A stretch of DNA of 64,000 nt from the human T2T-CHM13v2.0 reference genome, Homo sapiens. This document shows positions 47,401 through 61,539 of this stretch, piece after piece (positions within the stretch are counted from its first letter, which is position 1; the number at the start of each line of letters is the position of its first letter). The notes below the pieces were generated by a model. It made no database searches and was not told the DNA's origin. It was given only the letters and a program-made list of their open reading frames with translations. A program made the position numbers and the translations under genes. The stretch lies in NCBI RefSeq assembly GCF_009914755.1, contig NC_060936.1. One strand, 5' to 3'.

Positions 47401-49540
47401 TATATTCTGTGGTATCTGTTGTGATGTCTATATTTTTGTTTTGGATCTTCTTTATTTGATTCTTCTTGCCTGTTTTTTTTTTTTTTACTTTGTTTCACTA
47501 ATTGTAGATTTTGTTTATCTTTTCAAAAAAACAATTTTTTGTTTTGTTCTCTTTTTAATTCTCAGTTGCATTTATTTCTGCTCTGATCTTAATTTTTTTC
47601 CTTCTACTAATTTCGGATTTGGCTTGTTCTTGCCTTTCTAATTACTTGAGATGTATCATTAGGTTCTTTATTTGAAATCTTTCTAGATTTTTGATGTAGT
47701 TAGTTATTGCTGTAAACTTACCCCTTAATACTGCTTTTGGTGTCTTCAATAGGTTTTGGTATGTTATGTTTCTGTTTTCCATTGTTTCAAGGAATTTTTT
47801 AACTTCATTCTTAGTTTTTTTTTTTCTTTTTTTCACCCATTGGTCATTCAGGAGCATGTTTTTAAATTTCCATGTATAGGTTTGAATTTTCCTCTTGTTA
47901 TTGATGTTTAGTTTTATTCCATTGTGGTCAGATAAGATATTTGGTATGATTTTGATTTTTTAAAATTTTTGAGACTTTTTTGTGTCCTAAGGTATGGTTA
48001 ATCCTGGTGAATATTCCATGTACTGATGAAAAGAATGTGTATTCTGCAGCTGCTGGGTGAAATGTTTTATAAATGTCTGTTCTGTTAGTTTGATCTAATG
48101 TGCAGTTTAAATCTAATGGGTTTTTTCTGTTGATTATCTGTCTAGATGATCTGTCCAATGCTGAGAGTGAGGTGAAGTCCCCAACTATTACTGGATTGAG
48201 GTCCATCTGTCTCTTTAGATCTAATAATATTTGCATTATATATCTAGGTACACCAGTATAAGGTGCATCTGTATTTAAAATTGTCATATTCTTTTGCTAA
48301 AGTATTCCCTTTATTATTATGTAGTTTCTCTCTTTATAGCTATTGGCTTGAATTCTATTTTGCCCAATCTACTCCTGCTCAATTTTTCCGTTAGCATAGA
48401 ATACCTTTTATTTTATTTTATTTTATTTTGAGATGGAGTCTCAAAGTCTGGAGAGCCATGGCATGATCTTGGCTCCCAAAGTGCTGAGATAACAGGTGTG
48501 GGCTACCACATCTGGCCAGAATATCTTTTTGTAATCCCATCACTTTAAGCCTGTGAGTGTGTTTTCAGGTGAGGTAAGTTTCCTACAGGCAGCATATAGT
48601 TGGGTCTTTAAAAAAAAAAAAATCCATTCTGCCAGTTCATATGTTTAAAGTGGAGAATGTAGACCATTTACATTCAGGGTTATTATTGACAGGTGAATAC
48701 TTACTTCTGGCATTTTAAAAATTGTTTTCTGGTTGTTTTTTAAATCTTTTTTTGTCTTGCTTACCTCTTATTTATTTTTATGATTGGGTGGTTTTCTGCA
48801 ATGATAAAGTTTGATTCCTTTCTCTTTTGTGTATCACCCTTACCAGTGAGTTTTATAGTTTTCATGCTTTGATAATGGTGATTGTTATTTTTTCACTTCC
48901 AGATGTAAGACTCATTTGAGTACTTTTAAAGGCCAGTCTAAGGGCGATGAATTCTCTTAGTTTTTACTTATCTGTGATCTGTGAAATATTTTCTTTCATC
49001 TTCATTTCTGAAAGATGGCTTTTCTGGGTATCATTATCTTGGCTGGCAGTTTTTTTGTTTTATATTTCAATGTTTTGAATATATCATGCCATTCTTTCCT
49101 GTCCTATAAGCTTTCTGCTGAAAAAATCCACTGTTCGTCTAATTGAGATTCCCTTATATGTGGCTTGATGCTTTTCTCTTGATGATTTTAGAATTCTTTA
49201 TTTGTTCTTGACTTACAGTAGTTTGACTTTAATATGCCTTGGATAGAACCTGTTTGGGTTTAATCTATTTGGGGTCTTTGAGCTTCCTGGACATGGATGT
49301 TCATTTTTCTGCCAAGACTTGGGAAGTTTTCAACTATTATTTAATTAAGTATGTTTTCTATACCCTTTTCCTTCTCTTTTCCTTCTGGAATACCCATAAT
49401 GCAAATATTTGCTTGGTGGTCTTAAGGGTGTCCCAGAAAGCCTATAGGCTTTTTTTTATTTTTTTGTTTTTATAAATTTGTTTTTGTCTGTCTGTATTAT
49501 TTCAGAAGACCTGTCTTCTGGTTCAGAAATTTTTTCTTCT
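44406..49540 (-). mobile_element. L1MA (MA4-MA6-like): 3' UTR, ORF2 and most of ORF1
   Basis: Minus-strand ORFs with [27 protein letters not shown] and VIVGDF; L1MA 3' terminus at ~44410. Confidence 0.9.
48410..48517 (-). mobile_element. Internally deleted Alu (~108 bp) within the L1MA
   Basis: Both Alu termini present; TSD agaatacctttt (48398-48409) / agaatatctttt (48518-48529). Confidence 0.8.
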
Positions 49541-49938
49541 CAAAGTCCTTTCCTACACCAGCATTCTCAAAGTCTGTATGATTTTTCTAACCTAGTGTGT
49601 CAACTAAAATTAAGATCTTTGCTAAATTTTTTAAAATAACCCAGCAGAAAACAAGTACTGTTCCAGTCCACTAATAATCTCCCTATAATCTCTTTAAATT
49701 TGTAAGTTGGTCAAATCTACCAAAAAGATTGGCCAACTGGAAAAATTTGATTTTCAAATATACTTCTAAGTATTCTTATGAAAAAGATGTAACAAGGAGA
49801 TAAAGAATGGAATTCTGGGAGAAAGTTGTCTTTATTTACAAAGACCTTTGGAGGAAGGGTCAGCTAAGGACAAGGAGGCATGAGGAGGCACTCTAAAGAA
49901 GAAGCTGGAAAACTGCCTCCTAAATAACTCACCCCATA

Positions 49939-51770
49939 ATGCATCCTCAAGGGATCATCTTAAGCCTCATCCTACTTGTGGCAGATACTGTAGTTTTTTT
50001 AGGTACAAGTGAGTAGAGCAATAGGTTAGCCTGTCATGCTACCTTGCATCTATGATGGAGAGGTGTCATCTATGTGCTGGGGCTGAAGGATGTGCCCTAT
50101 ATTTGGATCCTCAGATGAAATTGTCTGGATTAGTAGATCCCATGTCACCTTTTAGAAGCAAATGTGTTAACGGGAATTACGTACCTTTTGAAAGGGAATG
50201 CCTTCTTAACTATAGAAAATGCAACCGAAACTGACAGTGGCTTGTATTGTTGCTATGTTGTGCACAGGGGGTGGTTCAGTGACATGAAAATCACCCTGTC
50301 ATTGGAGATTAAACCAGCCAGGAACACGAGTATTCCCATGTCATCTGGAGTCTCTAACCTCTGCTTCTCCAATGCCATCACCCCTGCAGAGCCATGAACC
50401 AGTAGTTATTTCACCTTCTCCAACTCAGCCAATAGAAACCTAGATTACAACAACAGAAACCCAGATTACAACATTACAAACAAGGACAAAACCCACCAAC
50501 CCCATTGTACTCTTACACAACACATGGGAATGGCACCATGACACATTCTTCAAATTGCCTTTGACATAACAATCAAACTCATGTCCCCAGCACAAAATCC
50601 ACAGATCGCCACCATCACTAAGGGGATGTCTATGGAAATCTGTATTTCTGCCTGGTGTTTCTCACTTTTTTGGATGTCAACATTAACATAAAGTATTTCT
50701 ACATCATCTGCAAGATGCTGCAACTGCATGTGGTTCTGTTGAGAGACCTTCTGTGTTAGTCTGTTCTCACACTGCTATAAAGAACTGCCCGAGACTGGGT
50801 AATTTATAAAGGAAAGAGGTTTAATTGACTCACAGTTCCTTAGGGCTGGGGAGTCTTCAGGAAAATTAAGATCCATTGCAGAAGGGGAAACAAACACATC
50901 CTTCTTCACACCCCAATAGGAAGGAGAAGAATGACAGGTGAGCAAAGAGGTGAGCCCTTTATAAAACCATCAGATCTCATGAGAACTTACTATCATGAAA
51001 ATAGCATGGGGGAAACTGCCCCCATGATTCAATTACCTCCCACCAGGTCCCTCCCAGGACACGTGGGGATTATGGGGACTGCAATTCAAGATGAGATTTG
51101 GGTGGGGACACAGCCAAACCATATCACCTTCTAATTGGAGCTTTGCAGAGTGCAGGTGAAAGACAAGTGCAAGCAGAAGATGATATCTATATTATTGAGG
51201 TTAATCTTTATGTCATGGATTAAAATGGTGCACTTTGAGGTTTTATGCCCATCACTGTAGAAGACAGTGACCAGATACTACCATCTGGTCTGACAAGACA
51301 TACTTTAAACTCCAGGATTATTTTTCTATGTCAGTTTCATCTAACATTTCAAGATGTCAATGGTATTGGGTAGAGTGAGTCTCTAGCTCAAAACTCTGTG
51401 TAGTCAGCCTCATTGTTAATATAGTTCTCATTTTTTATGCTAAAACTGACTCAGTCCTTCTGATCATTGCAGAGTTCCCTCTCCAACATGAACGCTTTAG
51501 AATTGTATGTTCTCTTTAGACTCCACAAATCTTGTGTCCATCAAAGACAATAATCACTGACAATGTAGGAAATGACTTCTATCTTGGCCACCAAAGCTGC
51601 TGAGAAGACAGAAATAGGATTTAAAAATCAAATCTGATTTGAGACTTTATTTGAAAGAAATTCATGATTATTTCTTATTTCTATATTATAACTCCAAATG
51701 TTACATTTCTTAGGTTCCTGCAAGGGTTCCCAGTGAACCCAGGTTTTTATTTCATCCATGGAAATAAAAT
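49939..51770 (+). pseudogene. HAVCR1: Processed pseudogene of HAVCR1 (TIM-1/KIM-1), disabled and interrupted by a THE1 LTR
   Basis: Symbol refers to the parent gene. ATG at 49939 begins MHPQGIILSLILLVAD (signal peptide). IgV remnants PVMLPC..SMCWG*..EIVW and LTIENATETDSGLYCCYVVHRGWFSDMKITLSLEIKP; stalk HEPVVISPSPTQP; tail QVQAEDDIYIIEVNLYVMD* (TAA 51221-51223); HAVCR1-like 3' UTR to AATAAA 51763-51768. No introns; several stops and frameshifts. Confidence 0.9.
50752..51126 (-). mobile_element. THE1 (C/D-like) MaLR solo LTR inside the HAVCR1 pseudogene
   Basis: tgtgttagtctgttctcacactgctataaaga ... ggggacacagccaaaccatatca; perfect 5-bp TSD ccttc at 50747-50751 and 51127-51131. Confidence 0.92.
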
Positions 51771-52609
51771 AGGAGGTAGTCTCATTTGTCTGTAACAGGT
51801 GTATTTGTTTTCTCATGGCTCTGGAAATATGATGCATTCAGTACTTGATCCCTGGATCAGGGTAGCTATTTTACCAGTCAAAAGAAGTGAGTATGGACCA
51901 AGTAGAAACTAGGTGGAGAAAATCATTTGCCATGTGATTAAACACTTTTATGCTGTTTCTACTATGTTTGTGCCACAATACTAGGCACTACAGTAAACAA
52001 CCAGCAGGCTCTCTCAACTAATTTTTACAGGGCAGAAATGAAGAAGACAGGGCAGAAATGAAAGGGAAAAGAGGAAAGAATAGGAAAAAAAAAGCCTTTC
52101 TGCCTTAGAAAAGTTACATTGCAAGTATTATAGTGTTTGAAACTGTCACTAGTTTCAACCCAAATTCTAAACTTGTAAATGCCTTCAAACCACTTATATA
52201 TTTAAAATTGTTTCAGAAAGTTGAAGGGTCTTTTTCATATCTAATGAATTATGGTGTTATTTTTCACAATTCAATTGTGAGGCTTATTGTAAAGATACCT
52301 TCAGTTACCAGTATAATTGTTGAGAAGTATAGATTTGCGAGGGCTAGGTTTGTCAGAAGAGAAACATTTCTACATGAACAGTTAAAGCTGGGCATTAATT
52401 TCTATTTCAATTTGAGTAAACCCTGAATAATTCATGCTTGGGGTTTAGAGGTGCTCCCATCATAATGGTCTAGGAGGACAAGATGCTTGCTTTCAAAGTG
52501 AACATTTTCAACACTGTTCTGCAGAGGTCTAAGAAACTAATAGATCCTTTGAATGAAGGTCCTATGGGAAAATAAAATTGTGACTCATGGTATTTCACAT
52601 TTCCTAAAT

Positions 52610-52860
52610 GAGACCAGCCTGATCTGGCCTAAATATTTTTTTCATACTACAGTGTTTTCTTAAATTGATGCAACATGCATAAACCTGGGAATTTGAAATT
52701 AAAGCTCAGATTTGTAGCTTCTCTGAAAAGACTTGGCTAGATTAGTCTGCATTCCTGTGTGGTCAGGGCCCCACTAGATGGGGCCACATTCTCTAGCCCT
52801 GCCTCCTCATGTTTGTTACCTGCCTGGTGCCTACAGGGCTTTCAGTTTATGGCACCTGCC
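52610..52860 (+). mobile_element. MER102-like hAT relic
   Basis: cagatttgtagcttctctgaaaa ... tgttacctgcctggtgcctacagggctttcagttt. Confidence 0.55.
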
Positions 52861-53029
52861 CTATTCTCTATACCTTTCCTGGATATTTATTATGCATGAT
52901 AAAGCCTCTGGGAATATGGTTGGCTTTGTTTAACACAGCATTGCCCAAATTTGTTTGAACACATGAGCACAGTGACTAGTAGCATTCTGTGAAACAGAAT
53001 ATATAGAGACTTAGGGTACTAAACAGGAT

Positions 53030-53205
53030 TAAGAATAGGGTGAGAGTTCTAATCCTAACTCTTAACAGTAACATTAGGGCACATTGTTCTTTATGTCTAA
53101 ATCTTTTTCATCTATTAGATGTAATCATTTCCATACCAACTATGTCATATGATGGTAACTCCAATAAAATGTTACTTGTGAAAACCATTATAGATTCTGA
53201 AGCAG
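53030..53205 (+). mobile_element. Highly diverged MIR
   Basis: gagttctaatcctaactct..agggcacatt..tttttcatctatt..ataccaacta..cttgtgaaaacc. Confidence 0.5.
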
Positions 53206-53797
53206 TTTGGAGAACTTATTTAAAAATACTATAGAAATGCAAAGTGTTTTCTCAGTAGATTTCATAATAATAGCAGATCTAGCATTAGTTCTCAGTAAAT
53301 CATTTCAATGGTGTTATATTCATAAGTCTCTTGGGTATCTTTTTAATAGTTTATTTTTGAAAAAGTTGATGAGAAATTTTCCTGCCCTCTTACACCGTAA
53401 AAAATTGTCAATAACTGAGAGAGAGAATAGATAAGAGGGAGAAAGGGATAGAATTTACTTAATATGAATTTTTCCTATAAATATATTAATCTTATAGATT
53501 GCATTGAGTTTTGTTTTTTGTTTTTGATTCTTTGAGACGCAGTTGAGATTCCATTACCTACAATCTGTCTTGGGACATTGGGACATTGGTGTAATTAAGA
53601 CTGTATATTTAAACCTAAGAAGTTTTTCACATCTTTAAGAAGTAGCAGAGCCAATTGTTCACTTATGTCTATAAAGATGAAATAATTTTGTGAGTACATA
53701 AAAGTGTGAGAAACTCTTAGTGGTTGTCTAGGTTCATTTGTATGTGCACTCATCAATAACATTTTTTTGTTTTTTTCGTTTTGAAAAAAAATTCTTG

Positions 53798-55955
<2,158 letters not shown>

Positions 55956-55959
55956 TTTG

Positions 55960-56046
55960 CGTTGTTATTTTTTTTTTCCAGGTATTTCTGGTCTGCAGAT
56001 GATTAAGTCTGTGGGTACAGAACCTGCAGTTAGAGAAGGCCAGCTG
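55960..56046 (+). mobile_element. MER2 right half
   Basis: ..gtgggtacagaacctgcagttagagaaggccagctg|TA matches the MER2 3' TIR region. Confidence 0.75.
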
Positions 56047-57251
56047 TATACTTCTTATGCGCTTGTAAGAACAAGGACATTTTTAGTTTGATTTGGTTTG
56101 GTTTTTTTTACACACAGGTTTGCATATGGTTTCACTGTTTGGGGTTCTCCCTTGGCTTTTTTGCATCAAACATACTTACAATGCATAGTCTATGATATCC
56201 AGTTTTGGATCTCTTAAAACAACAAACTTTTTTTTTAATTTTACAGTAAAAAGGTGTTCTCACCTTTTCTTTCCAGAATATACTCAAAAGCAACAAACAG
56301 AATGAGAAAGAGAAACAAAACTCTCTTTGACAATATCAGAAGGAATTTGAAATCTTAAACTATGTATATTACAAAGTATAATGAAGGTAAAAGAGGGATG
56401 CAGAAAGATGCCAAGAGGAAATGCCCACGGTTACAGATCTCAGACAAAATCAACAGAACATAGTTCTCTAAAGTGTCATATCCTGAGGAACAAAATCAAC
56501 AGTCTCTAGTTTGAAACAAATACAACTGGTGACCAGCATGGTGCTTCCCAATTTGGCACAACAGAAAAAAAGAAAATGGAGCACCCAAGAAATCATATTG
56601 AAGAAATACGTTTTCAGGGAGCAAGATAGGAAAGATTATGAGTTCTGAGTTATCTTACAACTGCTGATCTTCAGATGGTAAAGGAGAGAACTAAAGGCTG
56701 TAATTCAACACACGCAATTTTGTGAGTTGAGAGTTTCTGCTACCTTGAAGTTCAGGCCTGGATTTAGTCCAATATATTCTTCTACAAAAGTTTGCTCCAG
56801 CAGGGACTCATTTGATTCAAAAAATGGCAAACTTTTAAAAAGGATGGGGAGTGTGTAATCTGCATGGGTTCTGTACAAAGTGGGAGAGTTTTTCTGGAAG
56901 GCTTCACAAGAAATTGAATGAGACAGAGCCTTACTTTCCACTACCCTTTATAGTTTTTTAAATTCAGAAGAAATTTAGTGCTATTGTGAAAAAAAAAAGG
57001 ACTTTGAAAAAATAATAAATTTATTTAAACATTTGCAGATAAATCTGAGTACAAGTCTTTTCAGATTTTTACTCATTTTATCCAGCCTTTCATTTGTTCT
57101 GACCACATTTAATTGACAGCAGTTTCTTCTGGTGACTCTGCTTTATCAGGCTTTTCTGTCCAGGGGAGGGCTGCTTTTTTGCAAAAATTATAGAATCAAT
57201 TTTTCCTGTTGCTTTCATATTTCATTTGTTATGTAATACTTATTTATATGA

Positions 57252-57475
57252 TAGGTTGAGTATTCCTTATCTGAAATGCTTGGGACAGAAGTGTTTCAGA
57301 TTTCAGATTTTTTTTGAAATATTTACCTTATATACTTACCATTTGAGCATCCCTAATCTGAAAAATCCAAAATCTGAAATGCTCCAATGAGCATTTCCTT
57401 TGAATGTCATGTTGGCACTCAAAAAGTTTCAGATTTTGGAGCATTTCAGATTTTGGATTAGGGATACTCAACCTG
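57252..57475 (+). mobile_element. Tigger4a/MER46-like DNA transposon
   Basis: TIRs aggttgagtattcct ... agggatactcaacctg followed by TA. Confidence 0.85.
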
Positions 57476-58124
57476 TATATTATGACAATAATGTAACTGG
57501 CATAGCAAGTTTAGAAATAAATACAATTGACTCAGTAACAAAGCTCATCTAGCAGGAGCAAAAGCACAATTGAACTAGAGAGTGGCCTGCTAAATACAAG
57601 AGTTCAACATACTATAGGTATTTGTTTTAGAAAAAGAAGAAAAAGAAATAAAAGTAATTCTCTCTGATGGATTTGTGAAGTGCATGTTAGAAGAAACTAC
57701 CTTAAGTATGAACATATGCCATTGTGTTCCTCTTGCCTTTGAATTTTGCTCAAAATGTCTTGTTTTAGATACAGTGTTGTAAAGTTTAATTTTAGTCAAA
57801 AAATGTTTGATCTCCTCCTGTGTGTCCAAAGCATAATAACAAATGAAAGTAAATATTTCCTTCTTAGTTGTTGAAATTAAACAATATTAATGGGATGTTG
57901 CTGGTGGTTTTATTTATGATGTGCTGCATAACCTATATCAGTGTAAAAATTTTAAGTAATTTAGAGTTATCTTGACTTGCTTCATGAATATCCTTAGAGC
58001 GAGTTCTTCAGACACCTAAGGTTGTATTAAATTGATGTCATGTTTATTTTACTTTAGGATATGTTTGACAAGGAAAAATATTTTTAAACTATCGTTAAAT
58101 TTATTGTTGTTTTTTATCTTGAAG

Positions 58125-58199
58125 CTGCCAGAAAAAATTATAATGAACTACTACGAGAAGTATAAGCCTCGAATGAATGAGCTGGAAGCTTTTAATATG
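58125..58199 (+). CDS. METTL25: METTL25 coding exon (75 nt): LPEKIIMNYYEKYKPRMNELEAFNM
   Basis: Acceptor tttttatcttgaag, donor ATG|gtaaat; phase 0-0. Confidence 0.88.
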
Positions 58200-58761
58200 G
58201 TAAATCTCAGAGTTAAGCATATTAAATTGGATATGTTGCTAGACTTGAATAGGGTCCTATTAAATTTTATTATGGGCTAAGCAATCTATGTTGTTTTTCT
58301 CTTACTGTAGAAAAACTGTTTTGGATCATTTCCTATTTCAGGACTATATTAGGTGTCAGTAATGTAATAAAGAGAACACATGGTAGATTTCTCTTAAAAA
58401 AGTATTATAAATGCACAAAAAGTTTCAGAGTCCTTTGAACACATATTGGTCCCAATGCAGTTATTTCACAAGCATTCCTTTTAATGAACTTCATTCTTAG
58501 TACCCCTTTAAAAGCTTTCTATCACATATGACTGCTTGTTGGAGTCTACCTCACAGTCACTTAAAGGACATTCTTTTCCTATTATTAAAGAAAACCTTTT
58601 GATCTCTGAAATATTCATTTTCTGAAGATGTACCTGGATTTTGGAGATTCAGCCTATATAAACTTCTGTAGATACATTTATTTAAACATAAGTTTAAGGA
58701 AATAAGCTAGTCTTTTTTTTTTAAGTACCACCAACCTACCTATCTAATTTTTTTATTTTAG

Positions 58762-58833
58762 TTGAAAGTTGTACTGGCTCCCTGTATAGAGACTTTGATT
58801 CTTCTGGATCGACTTTGTTACCTGAAAGAGCAG
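58762..58833 (+). CDS. METTL25: METTL25 coding exon (72 nt): LKVVLAPCIETLILLDRLCYLKEQ
   Basis: Acceptor ttttattttag, donor CAG|gtaaat; contains the E-x-L-I-L-L-D-R motif I recall for the METTL25/METTL25B C-terminus. Confidence 0.92.
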
Positions 58834-60412
58834 GTAAATTATGTTATTTTAAAATACACAACAAATATCTTATTAAATACAGTAATATAGAGCCACTTAT
58901 ATCTAGGATAAGAGTCTTTCACATAAAACTAGTAAGAAAATTTTTCTCATTATATTTTCATAGTTTAAATGTTCATTCCATCCCTTTTTAAACATATAAA
59001 CATATGTACAACAGATGTTTTCAGCAAAGCTGCTATAATAAAGTTTACATTCTTTTAATTGTATGGTAATTACTATACATAGGCAGTGAACATAAACTGC
59101 TATATATGAAATATTGTATAGCTGAAATTTATAAAGGCTAGACATAAAAGATATTGTATAAGCGTTTCATTTTGTAAGAATTTGTCTTTTAATTCACTTT
59201 TGGAGTGTTGGCCATATGGATTCTGCAGAATAGAAACTTCTTTCTGATCAAGGAAGATTCCTTCTGTTTTTTTCACAATCTTACTTATCTATGTTAAATG
59301 ACAAAAATACTGTCTTTTGGGTTGTCTTTAAGGAAAATATTTTCTGCAGATTCTATTATGAGCTATGCTCAAAATAAAGTTTGGTGAACTGTTTAAATTA
59401 AACCCATTCATGGACTCACCGAATGTTTCCGCTATAAACTCTTTAACAGTTTTATTTTGTCATATGGGGAGCTTTACTTTCTTATTTTCCTAATTGGAAC
59501 AAATGCTAATTGAAACAAATGGATATTTAAAAATGTTTGCTTTGTTCTAATTTGTATTTTTATGGAGAAAGGCAATTTTTAAATATGTAAATAATGATGT
59601 ACTTTCCTAAGCTGCCAGCTAACTTCAAGTCACTGGAAAGCTTTGGTTCCTAAGTTAGTGGGTGATAAAATCAGTACCTATTTTACTAGATTCTCACATC
59701 CCTTTTCAAAACAATCTCCATTGACCTATGTACAAGAGGTAAGCAAAACAATGTGCACAAAGATTAATAGGTTGTAATGAAATGATAGAAATTATAGAAA
59801 TGTTATTTTTAATATTTCAATTAATATCTTATAAAGTAATGCACATTTATGTTAGAAAATTTAAAATACAGGATATATAATAAAGAAAATTAAGAGTAGT
59901 CATAATCCTACCTTTTATTTAATAGCTTCAACTATTAGATTTTTAGTATATTTAAGGAATCTCTCAAATATATATGGTTATAACATATATAGTGCATATT
60001 ATTTGTACTTTAATTAATATTAGAATAAAATTATAAATGCAGTTTTACATCTAATTTGTTTTATTTTATTCAGAATTTCCCACCATATTAAATGTACTAT
60101 AGAAAGTGAACATTTCATCATAAAATAATTTATTTAACTAATACTCATTTGTGATTGGCCACTTCCAGTTTTTCACAACCGTAGCAAAGAATAAACTTGT
60201 AATTCACTCTCTATGTACATCCTTGTTTCCTCAGCATAAACTTTTTTGAAGGTGTAATTGTGAATGTTAATTTTGTTTAACAAAGCATAAGAATTTTCTG
60301 TGAAACAGCTTTGTTTTTATGTATTTTTTATATTACAATATATAATCCAACTCGCGTCTAATTTTTTTCTTCAACAAATGGTTGTATATCTAAATCACTT
60401 ATTAATTTACAG

Positions 60413-60505
60413 GAAGATATTGCATGGTCTGCTCTTGTGAAGTTGTTTGATCCCGTGAAATCTCCCAGATGTTATGCTGTTATTGCCCTGAAGAAGCAGC
60501 AGTGA
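60413..60505 (+). CDS. METTL25: METTL25 terminal coding exon: EDIAWSALVKLFDPVKSPRCYAVIALKKQQ*
   Basis: Acceptor taatttacag; TGA at 60503-60505; FDP-x-x-SPR family motif; poly(A) signals follow. Confidence 0.92.
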   Translation, partial: EDIAWSALVKLFDPVKSPRCYAVIALKKQQ

Positions 60506-60625
60506 TTTCCATTGAAGCAAATTATTAGATGTATTTCTCTATGAGACCTGTTGCTGAGATTGCTTTTCTAAACATATATGTCCTGTTATACAAAAATTTT
60601 TAAATGACTGTTATGTATTTTAAAT

Positions 60626-60693
60626 AATAAAATAATGGCTAACAACAGAAGGTTATAATCCATTTTTCCATTGTCAAAGCATACATTAATAAA
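60626..60693 (+). terminator. METTL25: Two candidate polyadenylation signals (AATAAA at 60626-60631 and 60688-60693) defining a short 3' UTR
   Basis: Canonical hexamers about 120 and 180 nt after the stop codon. Confidence 0.7.
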
Positions 60694-61539
60694 AGAAGAA
60701 CCTGTCATAATAATATAAAACAGTTGACCTACATTCCTGAGTTAGTACATCAGTAGAACATTGTAATCTACGTCTTAATTCCTGTTCAATATTTAAGACC
60801 CCTTACATTTGCTACAAATCACATTTTGATGTATTGAATTAAACGTAGATAAGAGGTAAAGGTAGCTGGTGCGGAAGATCATTTGCAATTTCTTCCACAT
60901 TTTAGAAGGGTTTTTCTGTTTTTACCAGGAGGGAAAAAATCTGCACTTAAAGGGAAGAAATACCCAGGAACCAGGTCAGAAATTTAAAAGTGCCTCATTT
61001 AAAGCACATTTTACACTGGGTTTTAATCTAAGTACATGGGATATTCCCTTAAAGAAAGTTGTATCTTATAAGTAAGATATTCTCTTTAGGGATTCTTGAG
61101 GCAATTTATCTTACTAAAATAAAGTGATGGGTTGGCACTTAATGTAATTACTTTATGCTCTGTAAAAAGCCAATCTGAGTAAACCAAGAGTCAATGGAAT
61201 GAGGCCAACACTCTGCCCATTGTGAAACAAGTTCCTTTCATTAGCAGAAAACTTGAGGATTCTAATGCATACCAAAGAGATGAAGAACTGGGATAAAGCT
61301 TCCTTGATCCTCAACTAGAGAGATTTTATAAAATTTTCCAAAGCAAAAAAAGGAACTGCTTTTTTAAATGTTGGCATCTATCCACGATTAAGAAGAATAA
61401 TTATATTTATTTGTATTGTAATATAAATATTGAGTTTACAGCCTCAGGTGATCAGGTTCTTTGTACAGAGAGTACAAAGAACCTGGATAATCAGGTTCTT
61501 TGTAGAGAGAGTACAATGCTTAGAAAATAAGCCATTTTT

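Noticed and set aside
50052-50397. Intact TIM-family retrogene
   Set aside because: Frameshift right after the signal peptide, several in-frame stops in the IgV region, and an LTR insertion in the tail.
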